Origin: Myxococcota bacterium
GTDB taxonomy: Bacteria; Myxococcota_A; UBA9160; UBA4427
Length of the DNA: 64,000 bases
Reading direction: 5' to 3'
Assembly (NCBI GenBank): GCA_965250285.1
Contig: OZ252299.1
Location: 1,792,001 to 1,856,000, forward strand
Made by a program: the position numbers and the translations under genes. The notes beneath the pieces were generated by a model, which had not been told where the DNA came from, did not search any database, and saw only the letters and a list, made by a program, of their open reading frames with translations. Positions 17,372 through 27,498 of this stretch are shown in pieces (the stretch's first letter is position 1; each line of letters opens with the position of its first letter).

Positions 17372-18037
17372 TCAGAGTGGGCAGTGCTGGCGCAGCAGCT
17401 CATCGACGCGCTCGCCATTCAGGCTGCGGTGCTCGGCGAGCAGCTGCGACAGCTCGTCGACCGCTTCCCAGTTCGCCCGCAGCAGGCGCAGCGCCTCCTC
17501 CCAATACTCGCGGTAGAAGTGCGTCGCCTGTCGGTCGGCCCCGACCAGGCCGGCCAGGCGCTGCAGCTCGAGGCGGTCCGCCACCGCACGATCCCGCACG
17601 AACGCGGGCTCCATCTCGAGATCGGGCGGCGCAGGCCGCGCGCGACGCGCCTCGCCCTGGGCTGCGTAGAGGCTCTCCGCAGCGAGTCCGGCGTAGGTCA
17701 TCACACCGTAGGCGTCGACGATGCCGTCGATCGAGACCGGGGCCGGCGTGCCGCGCCGCGGGACACCCGCCGGCGGTCGGCACGAGATCGGCACCGGCAT
17801 GAGCGAGTAGGTCGGGATCCCCGGCTGCGCTTCGTCCATGAGCTCGAGTCCCTTCACGACGTGTTCCCCGTAGAGGAGGAAGCAGACCACCGAGTGTCCG
17901 GCCTCGTGGATGGTGCCCGCGTTGGGCGCACGGTCGATCTTCGAGGCGGGCGTCGGGGTCGGCGTGGGGGTCGAGGTCGGGCGAGCGGGAACGGCTGCGG
18001 TCACGAAAATCTCCAGGTCGAAGTGGCTCCGGCGCAC
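17372..18037 (-). CDS. Stand-alone peptidase M41 (FtsH protease-domain)-like protein
   Basis: HEAGH, YAGLAAE, ALRLLRANWEAVDELSQLL...LNGERV; no AAA or TM domain. Start uncertain. Confidence 0.7.
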   Translation of the reverse strand: MRRSHFDLEIFVTAAVPARPTSTPTPTPTPASKIDRAPNAGTIHEAGHSVVCFLLYGEHVVKGLELMDEAQPGIPTYSLMPVPISCRPPAGVPRRGTPAPVSIDGIVDAYGVMTYAGLAAESLYAAQGEARRARPAPPDLEMEPAFVRDRAVADRLELQRLAGLVGADRQATHFYREYWEEALRLLRANWEAVDELSQLLAEHRSLNGERVDELLRQHCPL

Positions 18038-18671
18038 ACATCCCGATGTGCATCCGGGCTTTTCTCATCGTCAAACGGCGAAATCAGTTGAGCCTGCGGG
18101 GACCTCCGAGCCGCATCTCATCCGCCTTGCGTTCAACATGCGAGGGGATCGGGCAACGCATTGTCTGCATTCCGGCCGGATCCGTGTCCGACCGCATCAT
18201 CCACCCCAGCTGGCCGCATTCCGACGCATGTTCGACGCACTGCTTCATTCACCGACGTCGCGCACGGCGCGGGGCCGCCCGAGATTCGGCGACGGTCGGG
18301 ACACCGCATGCGCGGTGCCCGGGTCGTGCCGCAGCGCGGCGCGGCGCGAGCGACCGCGCACGCTCGGGGCACTTGGCCAACCGGTCTCGGCAAGCGATGT
18401 CCGCGTCATCGAGCAGACGTTCGATCGTTGGCCTCGCTGCGCTCGAACGCGCGAGCGGGTCCCCGCGCCCTCGCCCCGGGGCGCGTCGGAAGCTGCGCGA
18501 GCGAACCACTCGCAGGTGCGCGGCGACCGACCATTGGCTAGCAATGGGGCGGGGAAAGCGTGCCGCGGCCGTTCGGCCGGTGGTGACGATTTCATTTCGA
18601 CCCGGATCTGCCGAGCCCATGCCTCAACACATGGGAGTGTGGATCGTTCGCTATTGAGAACGGGGGAACCG

Positions 18672-19505
18672 TTGAAAGCCTTGATTCACGTCTTCGGACA
18701 GCGCGGCCGCACCGGCATCGCCGCCGGCGTCGGAGCGCTCGCACTTGCCGCCGGGGCCACCGTCGCCTCGGTCGCACTCGTGGCCGAGCCCGTCGCGGCG
18801 CAGTCGCAGACGCTCGACTCCGCGATTACGACCAACGCCGAGGGCAACGCCGGCTCCCTCGCGTCCCAGAAGCGCATCGATCAGATCGCCGATGCCACCG
18901 ACGACATGGCGAGCTCGTACCGAGCGAGCCTCGAGCAGATCGAGTCGTTGCGTGTCTACAACGCGCAGCTCGAGAAGCTGATCGCCGCGCAGGAAGCCGA
19001 GCTCACCTCGCTCGACAATCAGATCGGTGAGGTCACGGTCATCGGGCGTGAGATGACGCCGCTGATGCTGCGCATGATCGACGCACTCGAAGCCTTCGTC
19101 GATGCCGACGTGCCCATGCTGCTCACCGAGCGCCGCGACCGAATCGCCGAACTGCGCGACCTGATGGATCGCGCCGACGTCGCGGACAGCGAGAAGTATC
19201 GCCGCATCACCGAGGCCTATCAGATCGAGAACGAGTACGGCCGCACGATCGAGGCCTACAACGGCGACGTCGTGATCGACGGCGAGACCCGCACCGGCGA
19301 CCTGCTCCGCGTCGGCCGCATTGCGCTGATCTACAGCGCGCTGGACGGCAGCGATGTGCGCGCGTGGGATCAGCGCCAGGGTGACTGGGTGCCGCTCGAC
19401 GCCGACGCACGAGACACGATCCGCAAGGGCATCCGCATCGCCCGCAAGCAGGCCGCGCCCGACCTCGTCCGCCTGCCGATCCTGGCCCCCGAGGAGGCGA
19501 ACTGA
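18672..19505 (+). CDS. DUF3450 family periplasmic protein (TtpB-like, TonB2 system)
   Basis: Signal peptide, coiled coil, PLMLRM, EKYRRITEAYQIENEYGRTIE, LRVGRIAL, IARKQAAPDL. Start reset to TTG 18672. Confidence 0.85.
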   Translation: MKALIHVFGQRGRTGIAAGVGALALAAGATVASVALVAEPVAAQSQTLDSAITTNAEGNAGSLASQKRIDQIADATDDMASSYRASLEQIESLRVYNAQLEKLIAAQEAELTSLDNQIGEVTVIGREMTPLMLRMIDALEAFVDADVPMLLTERRDRIAELRDLMDRADVADSEKYRRITEAYQIENEYGRTIEAYNGDVVIDGETRTGDLLRVGRIALIYSALDGSDVRAWDQRQGDWVPLDADARDTIRKGIRIARKQAAPDLVRLPILAPEEAN

Positions 19506-20899
19506 TGTCCCGCTCCACCCAGCTCATCGTGGCCCTGCTGGCCGCGGTCATGGTCGCGCTCGCGCCCACGGCCGTCGTCTTCGCCCAGGCCGATCAGAAG
19601 CTCACCCTCGACGAGCTGCTCGCGAAGGTGAAGGAAGGCTGGCGCGCCGAGCGCGCCGCCAATCGTCAGCGTGAGGCCGAGTTCAAGGCCGACCGCGCCA
19701 ACCAGAAGCAGCTCTTGCAGCAGGCGCTCGCGACCCAGGCCAAGGAAGAGGACCGCAGCGCCGAGCTCGAGGACCTCTTCGCCGCCAACGAGGTGCGCAT
19801 CGCCGAGCAGGAGAAGGCCCTGCAAGAGAAGCTCGGCAGCCTCGGCGAACTCTTCGGCGTCGTGCGGCAGGTCGCGGGTGATACCAAGAGCCAGGTCGAG
19901 AACTCGATCATCAGCTCGGAGTTCCCCGACCGGCAGGCCTTCCTCGACCGACTCGGACAGAGCAAGAAGCTGCCCCAGCTCGAAGACCTCGAAGGTCTCT
20001 GGTACGCGCTGCAGCAGGAGATGACCGAGCAGAGCAAGGTCGTGCGCTACAACGCGCCGGTCGTGCTCTCGTCGGGCGAGGAATCCGAGCTCGAGGTCGT
20101 CCGCATCGGCGCGTTCAACGCCGTCGCCGACGGCAAGTACCTGACCTGGCAGGACCAGGTGCAGCGACTCGCCGAGATCGGTCGCCAGCCGGCCGCGAAG
20201 TACGTCGACACCATCGGGCCCTTCGTCGCCACGACCACGGGCTTCGCCGAGTTCGCCGTCGACCCCTCGCGCGGCACGATCCTCTCGCTGCTCGTCGATA
20301 CGCCGACGTTCCGCGAACGCCTCGAGTTCGGCGGCGTGGTCGGCATGATCATCATCATCCTCGGCAGCTTGACCTTCCTGCTGGCGGTGGTGCGGACGGT
20401 CATGATCTTCATCGTCAGCCGGAAGGTCGCCGCGCAGAAGAAGACGTCGACGCCGAACAAGGGCAACCCGCTCGGTCGACTGCTCCAGGTCTACGCCGAC
20501 AACCGCAACGTCGACACCGAGACCCTCGAGCTGAAGCTCGAAGAGGGCCTGTTGCGCGAGACGGCCAGCCTCGAGCGCTTCCTGTGGCTCATCAAGGTCG
20601 TTTCGGCGGTCGCCCCGCTGCTCGGCCTGCTCGGTACGGTCACCGGCATGATCAACACCTTCCAGATCATCACGCTGTACGGCACCGGTGATCCGAAGAT
20701 GATGGCGGGTGGTATCTCTGAGGCCCTGGTCACGACGATGCTCGGCCTGTACGCGGCGATCCCGCTGGTGCTGATGCACAGCGTCGTGTCGAGCCTGTCG
20801 ACGGGCGTGACCAACGTCCTCGAGGAGCAGACCACGGGCCTGATCGCCCAGCAGTCCGAGGCCGAAGTGCCCGCGACGCCTCGGCCGGTCGAAGGCTGA
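19505..20899 (+). CDS. Large MotA/TolQ/ExbB family protein (TtpC-like)
   Basis: Signal peptide, periplasmic coiled coil, VDPSRG, APLLGLLGTVTGMI, MAGGISEALVTT. Confidence 0.9.
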   Translation: MSRSTQLIVALLAAVMVALAPTAVVFAQADQKLTLDELLAKVKEGWRAERAANRQREAEFKADRANQKQLLQQALATQAKEEDRSAELEDLFAANEVRIAEQEKALQEKLGSLGELFGVVRQVAGDTKSQVENSIISSEFPDRQAFLDRLGQSKKLPQLEDLEGLWYALQQEMTEQSKVVRYNAPVVLSSGEESELEVVRIGAFNAVADGKYLTWQDQVQRLAEIGRQPAAKYVDTIGPFVATTTGFAEFAVDPSRGTILSLLVDTPTFRERLEFGGVVGMIIIILGSLTFLLAVVRTVMIFIVSRKVAAQKKTSTPNKGNPLGRLLQVYADNRNVDTETLELKLEEGLLRETASLERFLWLIKVVSAVAPLLGLLGTVTGMINTFQIITLYGTGDPKMMAGGISEALVTTMLGLYAAIPLVLMHSVVSSLSTGVTNVLEEQTTGLIAQQSEAEVPATPRPVEG

Positions 20900-20922
20900 G
20901 ACGGGGAGCGGAGACAGCGACC

Positions 20923-21438
20923 ATGGACATGATTCTCGAGCCCATCGGCGACTTCATGACTGCGGGCGGCGACGTGCTGAAGCTCATCTTCGCCGTCACG
21001 CTGGCCATGTGGACGCTGATCCTCGAGCGCACCTGGTACTACCGCCTTCAGCTCCCGAAGGAGCTGAAGGTGGTGCTCGAGAAGTGGAACGCTCGAGAGG
21101 ATCAGACCAGCTGGGGCGCGCATCAGATCCGGGATCTGTACATCTCGGAGACCTCGATCAACGTGAATCGCAGTCTGCCGATGATCGCGACCCTCGTGGC
21201 CGTGTGTCCGCTGCTGGGGCTGCTCGGCACGGTGACGGGGATGATCGAGGTCTTCGACGTGATGGCGGCCGCGGGCAACAGCAACCCGCGCGCCATGGCG
21301 TCGGGTGTCTCGAAGGCCACGATCCCGACGATGTCGGGTCTTCTCGCGGCCCTCTCCGGCCTCTACTTCTCGGTCCAGCTCAAACGCTATGCGAACAAAC
21401 AGACCGATCAGCTCAGCGAGCACCTGATCCACAGGTAA
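20923..21438 (+). CDS. exbB: ExbB/TolQ proton channel protein
   Basis: CPLLGLLGTVTGMIEVF, MASGVSKATIPT. Confidence 0.88.
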   Translation: MDMILEPIGDFMTAGGDVLKLIFAVTLAMWTLILERTWYYRLQLPKELKVVLEKWNAREDQTSWGAHQIRDLYISETSINVNRSLPMIATLVAVCPLLGLLGTVTGMIEVFDVMAAAGNSNPRAMASGVSKATIPTMSGLLAALSGLYFSVQLKRYANKQTDQLSEHLIHR

Positions 21439-21492
21439 GCCCCTTCGAACCGAATGCGGCTCACTTCGAGTGAGCGAGAGTCAGGGACGAAC

Positions 21493-21897
21493 ATGCGCCG
21501 TAGACGAACGCGAGAGCAGGAAGAGAGCGAGATCGACATCACCCCGATGCTCGATGTCGTCTTCATCATGCTCATCTTCTTCATCGTGACCGCCAGCTTC
21601 GTGAAAGAGGCCGGCATCGACGTGAACCGCCCCGACGCCTCGACCGCCGAGGTGAAGGAGCGCGGCAACATTCTCGTCGCCATTACCGAGAACAATCAGG
21701 TCTGGATCGACCGTCGCCAGGTCGACGTACGCTCGGTGCGGGCCAACATCGAGCGGCTCCGAGCGGAGAATCCCGAGGGTGCGGTCGTCGTCCAGGCAGA
21801 CAAGAACTCGAAGAACGGGCTTCTGGTCAAGGTGATGGATGCGGCACGGCTGGCCGGCGTCGAGAACGTGTCGCTCGCCGCGACCCAAACGGAGTAG
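21493..21897 (+). CDS. exbD: Biopolymer transporter ExbD
   Basis: EIDITPMLDVVFIMLIFFIVT with the conserved Asp; VVVQAD, VMDAAR. Start reset to ATG 21493. Confidence 0.93.
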   Translation: MRRRRTREQEESEIDITPMLDVVFIMLIFFIVTASFVKEAGIDVNRPDASTAEVKERGNILVAITENNQVWIDRRQVDVRSVRANIERLRAENPEGAVVVQADKNSKNGLLVKVMDAARLAGVENVSLAATQTE

Positions 21898-21906
21898 CGC
21901 TCCAGA

Positions 21907-22515
21907 ATGGCCATCCGCAGCGTCAGCGCTTTCCTGCTCGCCATGGGCATCACCATGGGGCTGTTCTTTCTCATGCAGTCGCTGATCTCGCAGGATCCGA
22001 GCGTCGGCGAAAAGCGCAAGAACAAGTCGATCGAGTTCGTCCGAATCAAGCGAGAATCGACGCTTCAGGAGAAAGAGCGCAAGCTCCCCGACAAGCCCAA
22101 GAAGGAAGAGCCGCCGCCGCCCCCGCAGCTCGATTTCTCGACGCCGGACGACGCAGCGGGCGAGACCATGTCGATCGCGGCGTCGGGCATCGACACGGGT
22201 GTCAGCCTCGGCACGGGCATGGGCGGCCTCGCCACCGCCGACAGCGACGTCGCGCCGATGGTGCGCGTGCTCCCGCAGTACCCCGCTCGCGCCCAGGAGC
22301 GTGGCATCGAGGGCTACGTGATCGTCGAGTTCACCATCGCCGTTGACGGGACAGTGAAGGACGCCATCGTCCTCGACTCGCAGCCCTCGAAGATCTTCGA
22401 TCGCGCGGCCCTGCGCGCCATTCGCAAGTGGAAGTACAAGCCCAAGGTCGAAGACGGCCAGGCCGTCGAGCGATCGGGCGTTCGCGTGCGCATGCCGTTC
22501 GAGCTCGAGAAGTAG
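21907..22515 (+). CDS. tonB: Energy transducer TonB
   Basis: N-terminal TM, Pro-rich linker, C-terminal YPARAQERGIEGYVIVEF...FDRAALRAIRKWKYKP. Confidence 0.92.
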   Translation: MAIRSVSAFLLAMGITMGLFFLMQSLISQDPSVGEKRKNKSIEFVRIKRESTLQEKERKLPDKPKKEEPPPPPQLDFSTPDDAAGETMSIAASGIDTGVSLGTGMGGLATADSDVAPMVRVLPQYPARAQERGIEGYVIVEFTIAVDGTVKDAIVLDSQPSKIFDRAALRAIRKWKYKPKVEDGQAVERSGVRVRMPFELEK

Positions 22516-22539
22516 GAAAGAACGTTCGGAGGACTCCCC

Positions 22540-23901
22540 ATGTCCATCGCATCCATGAAGTCGACTCACTCATTCCGCCGCATCGCCGCCCTCCTCACGA
22601 TGGTGGCTTTCGTCTGCACCCTTCCGCTCGCCGCGCTGGCCCAGGACGACGCCGCGCCGAAAAAGAAGCGGAAGAAAGAGAAGACGTACACGATGCAGCC
22701 GACGACGATGAAGAAGTTGGCGAAGTTCTACGAGTACGCCGAAGAGGAAGACTTCGACAGCGCCCTCGACGTGCTGATCTCTCTTGCGAAGCGCAAGAGC
22801 CTGAAGAAGCACGATCGCGCCATGGTCTATCAGTTCATGGGCTTCATGTACGCCCAGAAGGAAGACTACGGCAGGGCAACGAAGGCGATGGAGCGCGCGC
22901 TCAAGCAGAACGCGCTGCCCTTCTCGACGACACAACAGGTCAAATTCGCGCTCGGTCAGCTCTACATGGCCGAAGACCGCATGGATGACGCGATCGTCGT
23001 GCTTCAGGACTGGTACGACCAGGAGGAGGAGCCCGGCGCCGACGCCAACTTCAGGCTGGCCGCGGCGTATATGGCCACCGAACAGTTCGCGAAGGCGCTG
23101 CCCTACGCCCGCAAGTCCGTGGCCATGTCGACGGAGGAGCCGAAAGAGCGCTTCCTCGCAGTCAACCTGATGACCGAGTTCCAGCTCGGCAACTTCATGG
23201 AGAGCCTCGAGCTCTTGAAGGTGCTCGCGAGCTACTTTCCCAAGAAGCGCTACTACACGCAGCTCGCGTTCGGCTACACCGAGCTCGGCGAGATGGAGAC
23301 GGCGCTGGCCGTTCTGCAGCTGGCCTACGCCGAGGGCTGGCTCGACAAGGAGAGCGAGCTGCTGAGCCTGGCGCAGCGCCTCTATTCGGCCGATCTGCCC
23401 TACCAGGCCTCGCTCGTGATCAGCAAGGGCATCGACGACGAGATCATCGAGCCCACCGAGAAGAACCTCGAGTTCCTCTCGAGTGCCCTGCTCTCGGCCC
23501 GAGAGTACGAGGAGAGCCTCGAGCCCCTCGAGCAGGCCGCCGAGATCTCCGACAGTGGCGACCTGTACGTCCGCCTCGCCCAGGTGCACCTGCAGGTCGA
23601 ACGCTGGCCGGCCGCTCAGCAGGCCCTCGAGAAGGCCGTGCAGAAGGGCGAACTCGACGACGCCGGCCGGGCCCAGCTGCTGCTCGGCATCACCCAGTTC
23701 AACCAGAAGCGCTACCAGTCGGCCCGCGCCGCCTTTGGGCGAGCCGCCAAGGACGAAAACCTGGCCGCCAGCGCGAACCAGTGGATCGAGCACACCGATC
23801 GGCAGATCGCGATTGCCGAGCTCGAAGCGCAGCAGCAGGCTGACGCCGAGCAGCGTCGGGCGGAGGCCGAGGCCGGCAAGTCGGCCTTCGAGCAGCTCTA
23901 G
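22540..23901 (+). CDS. Secreted tetratricopeptide repeat protein (TtpD-like)
   Basis: Signal peptide followed by multiple TPR-like helical repeats; last gene of the TonB operon. Confidence 0.85.
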   Translation: MSIASMKSTHSFRRIAALLTMVAFVCTLPLAALAQDDAAPKKKRKKEKTYTMQPTTMKKLAKFYEYAEEEDFDSALDVLISLAKRKSLKKHDRAMVYQFMGFMYAQKEDYGRATKAMERALKQNALPFSTTQQVKFALGQLYMAEDRMDDAIVVLQDWYDQEEEPGADANFRLAAAYMATEQFAKALPYARKSVAMSTEEPKERFLAVNLMTEFQLGNFMESLELLKVLASYFPKKRYYTQLAFGYTELGEMETALAVLQLAYAEGWLDKESELLSLAQRLYSADLPYQASLVISKGIDDEIIEPTEKNLEFLSSALLSAREYEESLEPLEQAAEISDSGDLYVRLAQVHLQVERWPAAQQALEKAVQKGELDDAGRAQLLLGITQFNQKRYQSARAAFGRAAKDENLAASANQWIEHTDRQIAIAELEAQQQADAEQRRAEAEAGKSAFEQL

Positions 23902-23975
23902 CGCGCGCGTCCCTGCGCGACCGTCCCCTTCCTCCACGCGTGATCCGCGCGAGCGGGTGAAGGGACCGGTGTGCC

Positions 23976-24938
23976 ATGCTCTCGAGCATGGACACCCGCG
24001 GCGGCGACCCGACTCTCGAAGACCTCGGCCAGGGCAACTGGGCCTACCTGCAGCCCGATGGTTCCTGGGGCTACAGCAACGCCGGCTTGATCAGCGACGG
24101 CGAGGCGTCTCTGCTCGTCGACACCCTCTTCGATCTGCCCCACACCGACCGCATGCTGGCCCGCCTGCGGGACGCGTGTCCGGCCGCCGCGTCGATCGAG
24201 ACCGTCGTGAACACGCATGCGAACGGCGATCACTGCTACGGCAACCAGCTGCTACCCGAAGCCCGGGTCGTCGCCTCGAAGGCCAGTGCCGAAGAGATGA
24301 GCGAGCTCCCGCCGGCCACGCTCGCGGCGTTCCTCGAGAACGCGGAGGCGCTCGGCCCGGCCGGCCTCTTCTTCAAGCAGTGTTTCTCGCCCTTCGACTT
24401 TCGAAACATCGAGCTTTCGCCCCCCGATGAGACGTTCTCGGGCGAGCTCGAACTCAAGGTCGGCGACAAGCGCGTCCGGCTGATCGAGGTGGGGCCCGCC
24501 CACACGAAGGGCGACGTGCTCGTCGAAGCGCCCGACGACGGCGTCGTCTATACGGGCGACATCTTGTTCATCGAGGGCACCCCGATCATCTGGGAAGGCC
24601 CGGTGCAGAACTGGATCGACGCGTGCGACCGAATCCTCGCGATGAATGCCAAGACGATCGTGCCCGGGCACGGGCCGCTCACAGACGCGGCGGGCGTGAA
24701 TGGCGTCCGCGACTACCTCGTCTGGGTGCGCGACGAGGCGCGAGCGCGCTTCGACGCCGGTGTGCCGGTGCGCGATGCGATTCGCGACATCGGCTTCGGC
24801 GCGTTCAGCGGCTGGCTCGATCGCGAACGCCTCGCGGTGAACGTCTCGACGCTCTACCGCGAGTTCGGTGACCCGGCCGAAGCGCCGAACGCCATCGAGC
24901 TCTTTGGCATGATGGCCGAGCTCGCAGGGGTCGAGTAG
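23976..24938 (+). CDS. MBL-fold metallo-hydrolase (cyclase-like)
   Basis: SNAGLI, VDT, THANGDHCYGN, AHTKGD, GD, VPGHG. Confidence 0.9.
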   Translation: MLSSMDTRGGDPTLEDLGQGNWAYLQPDGSWGYSNAGLISDGEASLLVDTLFDLPHTDRMLARLRDACPAAASIETVVNTHANGDHCYGNQLLPEARVVASKASAEEMSELPPATLAAFLENAEALGPAGLFFKQCFSPFDFRNIELSPPDETFSGELELKVGDKRVRLIEVGPAHTKGDVLVEAPDDGVVYTGDILFIEGTPIIWEGPVQNWIDACDRILAMNAKTIVPGHGPLTDAAGVNGVRDYLVWVRDEARARFDAGVPVRDAIRDIGFGAFSGWLDRERLAVNVSTLYREFGDPAEAPNAIELFGMMAELAGVE

Positions 24939-24950
24939 CGCGGGCAGCCC

Positions 24951-25763
24951 TCACACCGAGAACAGCACCGGATTGAGGCGACTCGCCGCCAGCTCGCCCG
25001 GCTCGCAGCCGGGCAGCCAGACGTCGCGGTCGAAGCGACGACTCGCGTGATCGAGCGGCGTCACGCGCGCGCCGTCCGCGAAGTAGATCACCGTCATCAC
25101 CTCTCGCATCCGATCCGTCTGGTTGCCTGGAGCACGGTGAAGCGTCCAACCGCTGTGAAACGTGACGTCACCCGCTGCGAATGCGCCGTAGTCGGCGACC
25201 TCGAAGCCCTGCTCGGCCACGCAGTCACCGAGCGCACGCTCCGAGGCGTCGCCGATCGCGTGATCCCCCAGGCTCCCCCGTCGGTGCGAGCCCGATGCGA
25301 ACTGCATCGGGCCCATCTCGGCGGAGACATCGACGAGCGGCATCCACATCGTGATCGTCTTGTCGGTGTCGAGGGGCCAGTAGAACTGGTCCTGGTGCCA
25401 AGGCGTGAAGCCCCCGCCCGGCTCCTTGAAGAGCGCCTGGTCGTGGTAGAGGCGCACCCCGTCGACGCCCAGCAGAGCGGCGGCGACCGACGCAAAGCGG
25501 CGCGCGAACACGAAGGCGCGCGCCTCGTCGTCGTGGGTCCAGAGGTTGAACATCTGCACGAACGCCCGACCGTAGACATCGCGCTCCTCGAGAGGCCGGT
25601 GGTCGTAGCGGCCCTTCGGTGCGGCGCGCAGCAGCCCCGGACGGTACGCCGCCACCTCTTCGGGTGAAGCGAGGCCGCGCACGACCGCGTGGCCGTGCTC
25701 GCGAAAGCCCTGGGCGATGGGTTCGGACACCTCGAAGCGGTCATCGAGATCGGGCAGCGGCAT
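24951..25763 (-). CDS. Phytanoyl-CoA dioxygenase (PhyH) family protein
   Basis: LFKEPGG, TPWHQD, GSHR, GDVTFHSGWTLH. Confidence 0.9.
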   Translation of the reverse strand: MPLPDLDDRFEVSEPIAQGFREHGHAVVRGLASPEEVAAYRPGLLRAAPKGRYDHRPLEERDVYGRAFVQMFNLWTHDDEARAFVFARRFASVAAALLGVDGVRLYHDQALFKEPGGGFTPWHQDQFYWPLDTDKTITMWMPLVDVSAEMGPMQFASGSHRRGSLGDHAIGDASERALGDCVAEQGFEVADYGAFAAGDVTFHSGWTLHRAPGNQTDRMREVMTVIYFADGARVTPLDHASRRFDRDVWLPGCEPGELAASRLNPVLFSV

Positions 25764-25817
25764 GCCTCCGGCTCCTCCCTTGCGACGAGCGAGCTTCCGT
25801 TCGGCCCTTCGGCGCGT

Positions 25818-27284
25818 TCATAGCAGCGGCGAACTCACCCGCGCCACGGCCTCGAGGCCGCGCTGGGTGCCGCTCAGATCGGACCGGTCGGGTTCGGTGA
25901 CGGGCTGCGCGCCGTGGGCATCGCGCTCGAACCAGCGGGCCAGCTCGGCGTTGACGCCGGGGTCGTAGAACATCGCCGTGATCTCGTAGTTCAGATGAAA
26001 GCTGCGGATGTCCATGTTCGCCGAGCCGACGGCCGCCACGTTGTCGTCGATCAACAGATACTTGCTGTGGATCATGCGGGGCGATTCGAAGATTCTGCAA
26101 CCCGCGCCGAGGAGCTCGTCGTAATAGCTGAGCGAGGCCCAGCGAACCCAGGCGTGATCGCCTTCGGCGGGCACGAGCAGCCGCACGTCGACACCCATTC
26201 GAGCCGCGCTCGTGAGCGCGAGCCGCAGGGCGTCGTCGGGGATCAGATACGGGGTCGCGATCCAACAGCGATCGAAGGCCTGCGCGATGGCGGCCGTGAA
26301 CTGGGCCGAGATCGCGCCGGCGAGCCGAGCGTCGGGACCACTCGGGATGATCTGCACGAGTGGTCCCTCCCCCGCCCACGGGTCGACCTCGCTCTCGGCA
26401 GCGACGAGCGCGTCGGCCTCGCCGTCGAGCTCGCCGCCGGCGTCGATCCAGTCGCTCGCGAAGACCACCTCGAGCTCACGCACGGCCGGGCCTTCGAGCC
26501 GGACGACGAGGTCTTCCCAGGTGTCCGACTTCGGGCCGACCCCGAGGTACTCGTCCGCGATGTTGGCGCCGCCGAGGATCCCGATCTCGCCGTCGAAGAG
26601 CGCAATCTTGCGGTGGTTGCGAAAGTTCGCGCGCGCGGTGCGCAGCGAGGCCGCGAAGATCGGCGCGAACGCCCGCACCTCGCCGCCTGCGCTCACGAGC
26701 TCGGCGAAGTGCGACGCCGGCAGCCCGAAGCTCCCCAGGTGGTCATAGAGCACCCGCACGCCCACACCGGCGCGCGCGCGCCGCGTGAGCGCCTCGGTGA
26801 CCGATCGCCCCGCCGCGTCGTCCCGCCAGATGTAGAACTCGAAGTGGATCGTCTCGCGGGCCGTCTCGATGCGCTCGAGCAGCAGCGCATGCGCCGCGGC
26901 ATCGGCTCGGATGAGCCGCACCTCGTGCGCGCGCCGCAGCGGCGTGGGCCCGCTCGAGAGCGCCAGCCGCACGAGCCCCCTCTGGCGCTTGTCGAGCTCG
27001 GCCGGCAGCCGGCCCGGGTGCGTTCGCTGGGCTTCGGCGAGGGCCGTGGCGTGAATGCGGGCGCGGCCGCGACGCGCGTGGCGCCGGGCCGGGCGTCGGC
27101 CAATGGCGAGGTAGAGCAGCAGGCCGACGACGGGCATCAGCACCATGGCGAGGACCCACACGAGGGTGGTGCGCGGATGACGGCGTTCGAGCACGACGTA
27201 GCCGATGCCCGTGACGAGATAGGCAAAGAACCCCGCCTCGAGGGCCCAGCGCGGTACCTCGACCCAGCCGGGCAGCCAATCCAC
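25818..27284 (-). CDS. cls: Cardiolipin synthase (PLD family)
   Basis: Two HKD motifs (NHRKIALFD, IHSKYLLID), GSANMDIRSFHLNYE, two N-terminal TMs. Start reset to GTG 27284. Confidence 0.9.
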   Translation of the reverse strand: MDWLPGWVEVPRWALEAGFFAYLVTGIGYVVLERRHPRTTLVWVLAMVLMPVVGLLLYLAIGRRPARRHARRGRARIHATALAEAQRTHPGRLPAELDKRQRGLVRLALSSGPTPLRRAHEVRLIRADAAAHALLLERIETARETIHFEFYIWRDDAAGRSVTEALTRRARAGVGVRVLYDHLGSFGLPASHFAELVSAGGEVRAFAPIFAASLRTARANFRNHRKIALFDGEIGILGGANIADEYLGVGPKSDTWEDLVVRLEGPAVRELEVVFASDWIDAGGELDGEADALVAAESEVDPWAGEGPLVQIIPSGPDARLAGAISAQFTAAIAQAFDRCWIATPYLIPDDALRLALTSAARMGVDVRLLVPAEGDHAWVRWASLSYYDELLGAGCRIFESPRMIHSKYLLIDDNVAAVGSANMDIRSFHLNYEITAMFYDPGVNAELARWFERDAHGAQPVTEPDRSDLSGTQRGLEAVARVSSPLL

Positions 27285-27498
27285 CTCGCCCCCCTCTTCG
27301 CGCCCCGCCGATGCCCCACTCGATCCGCGGTGCCCTTCGGTCGCCCGTCCCCATCGTATCGCCTTCGCGCGCAAGCGGTGTCGCCCATTGCGCGACGCGC
27401 CCGGCGCCGCCGCACGGTCTCTTCCCACGAGCGAGCGCGGCCGGCCGGGCTATGGTTCGCCGCCGCCCTTCCACCCCCAACGCCCGACGGAGCCCATC

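Noticed and set aside
18038..18671. Cobalamin riboswitch or extra gene upstream of the TonB operon
   Set aside because: I could not find the B12-box or other conserved riboswitch elements by eye, and the N-terminal extension of ORF 17910-19505 does not look protein-like. An Infernal/Rfam scan would settle it.
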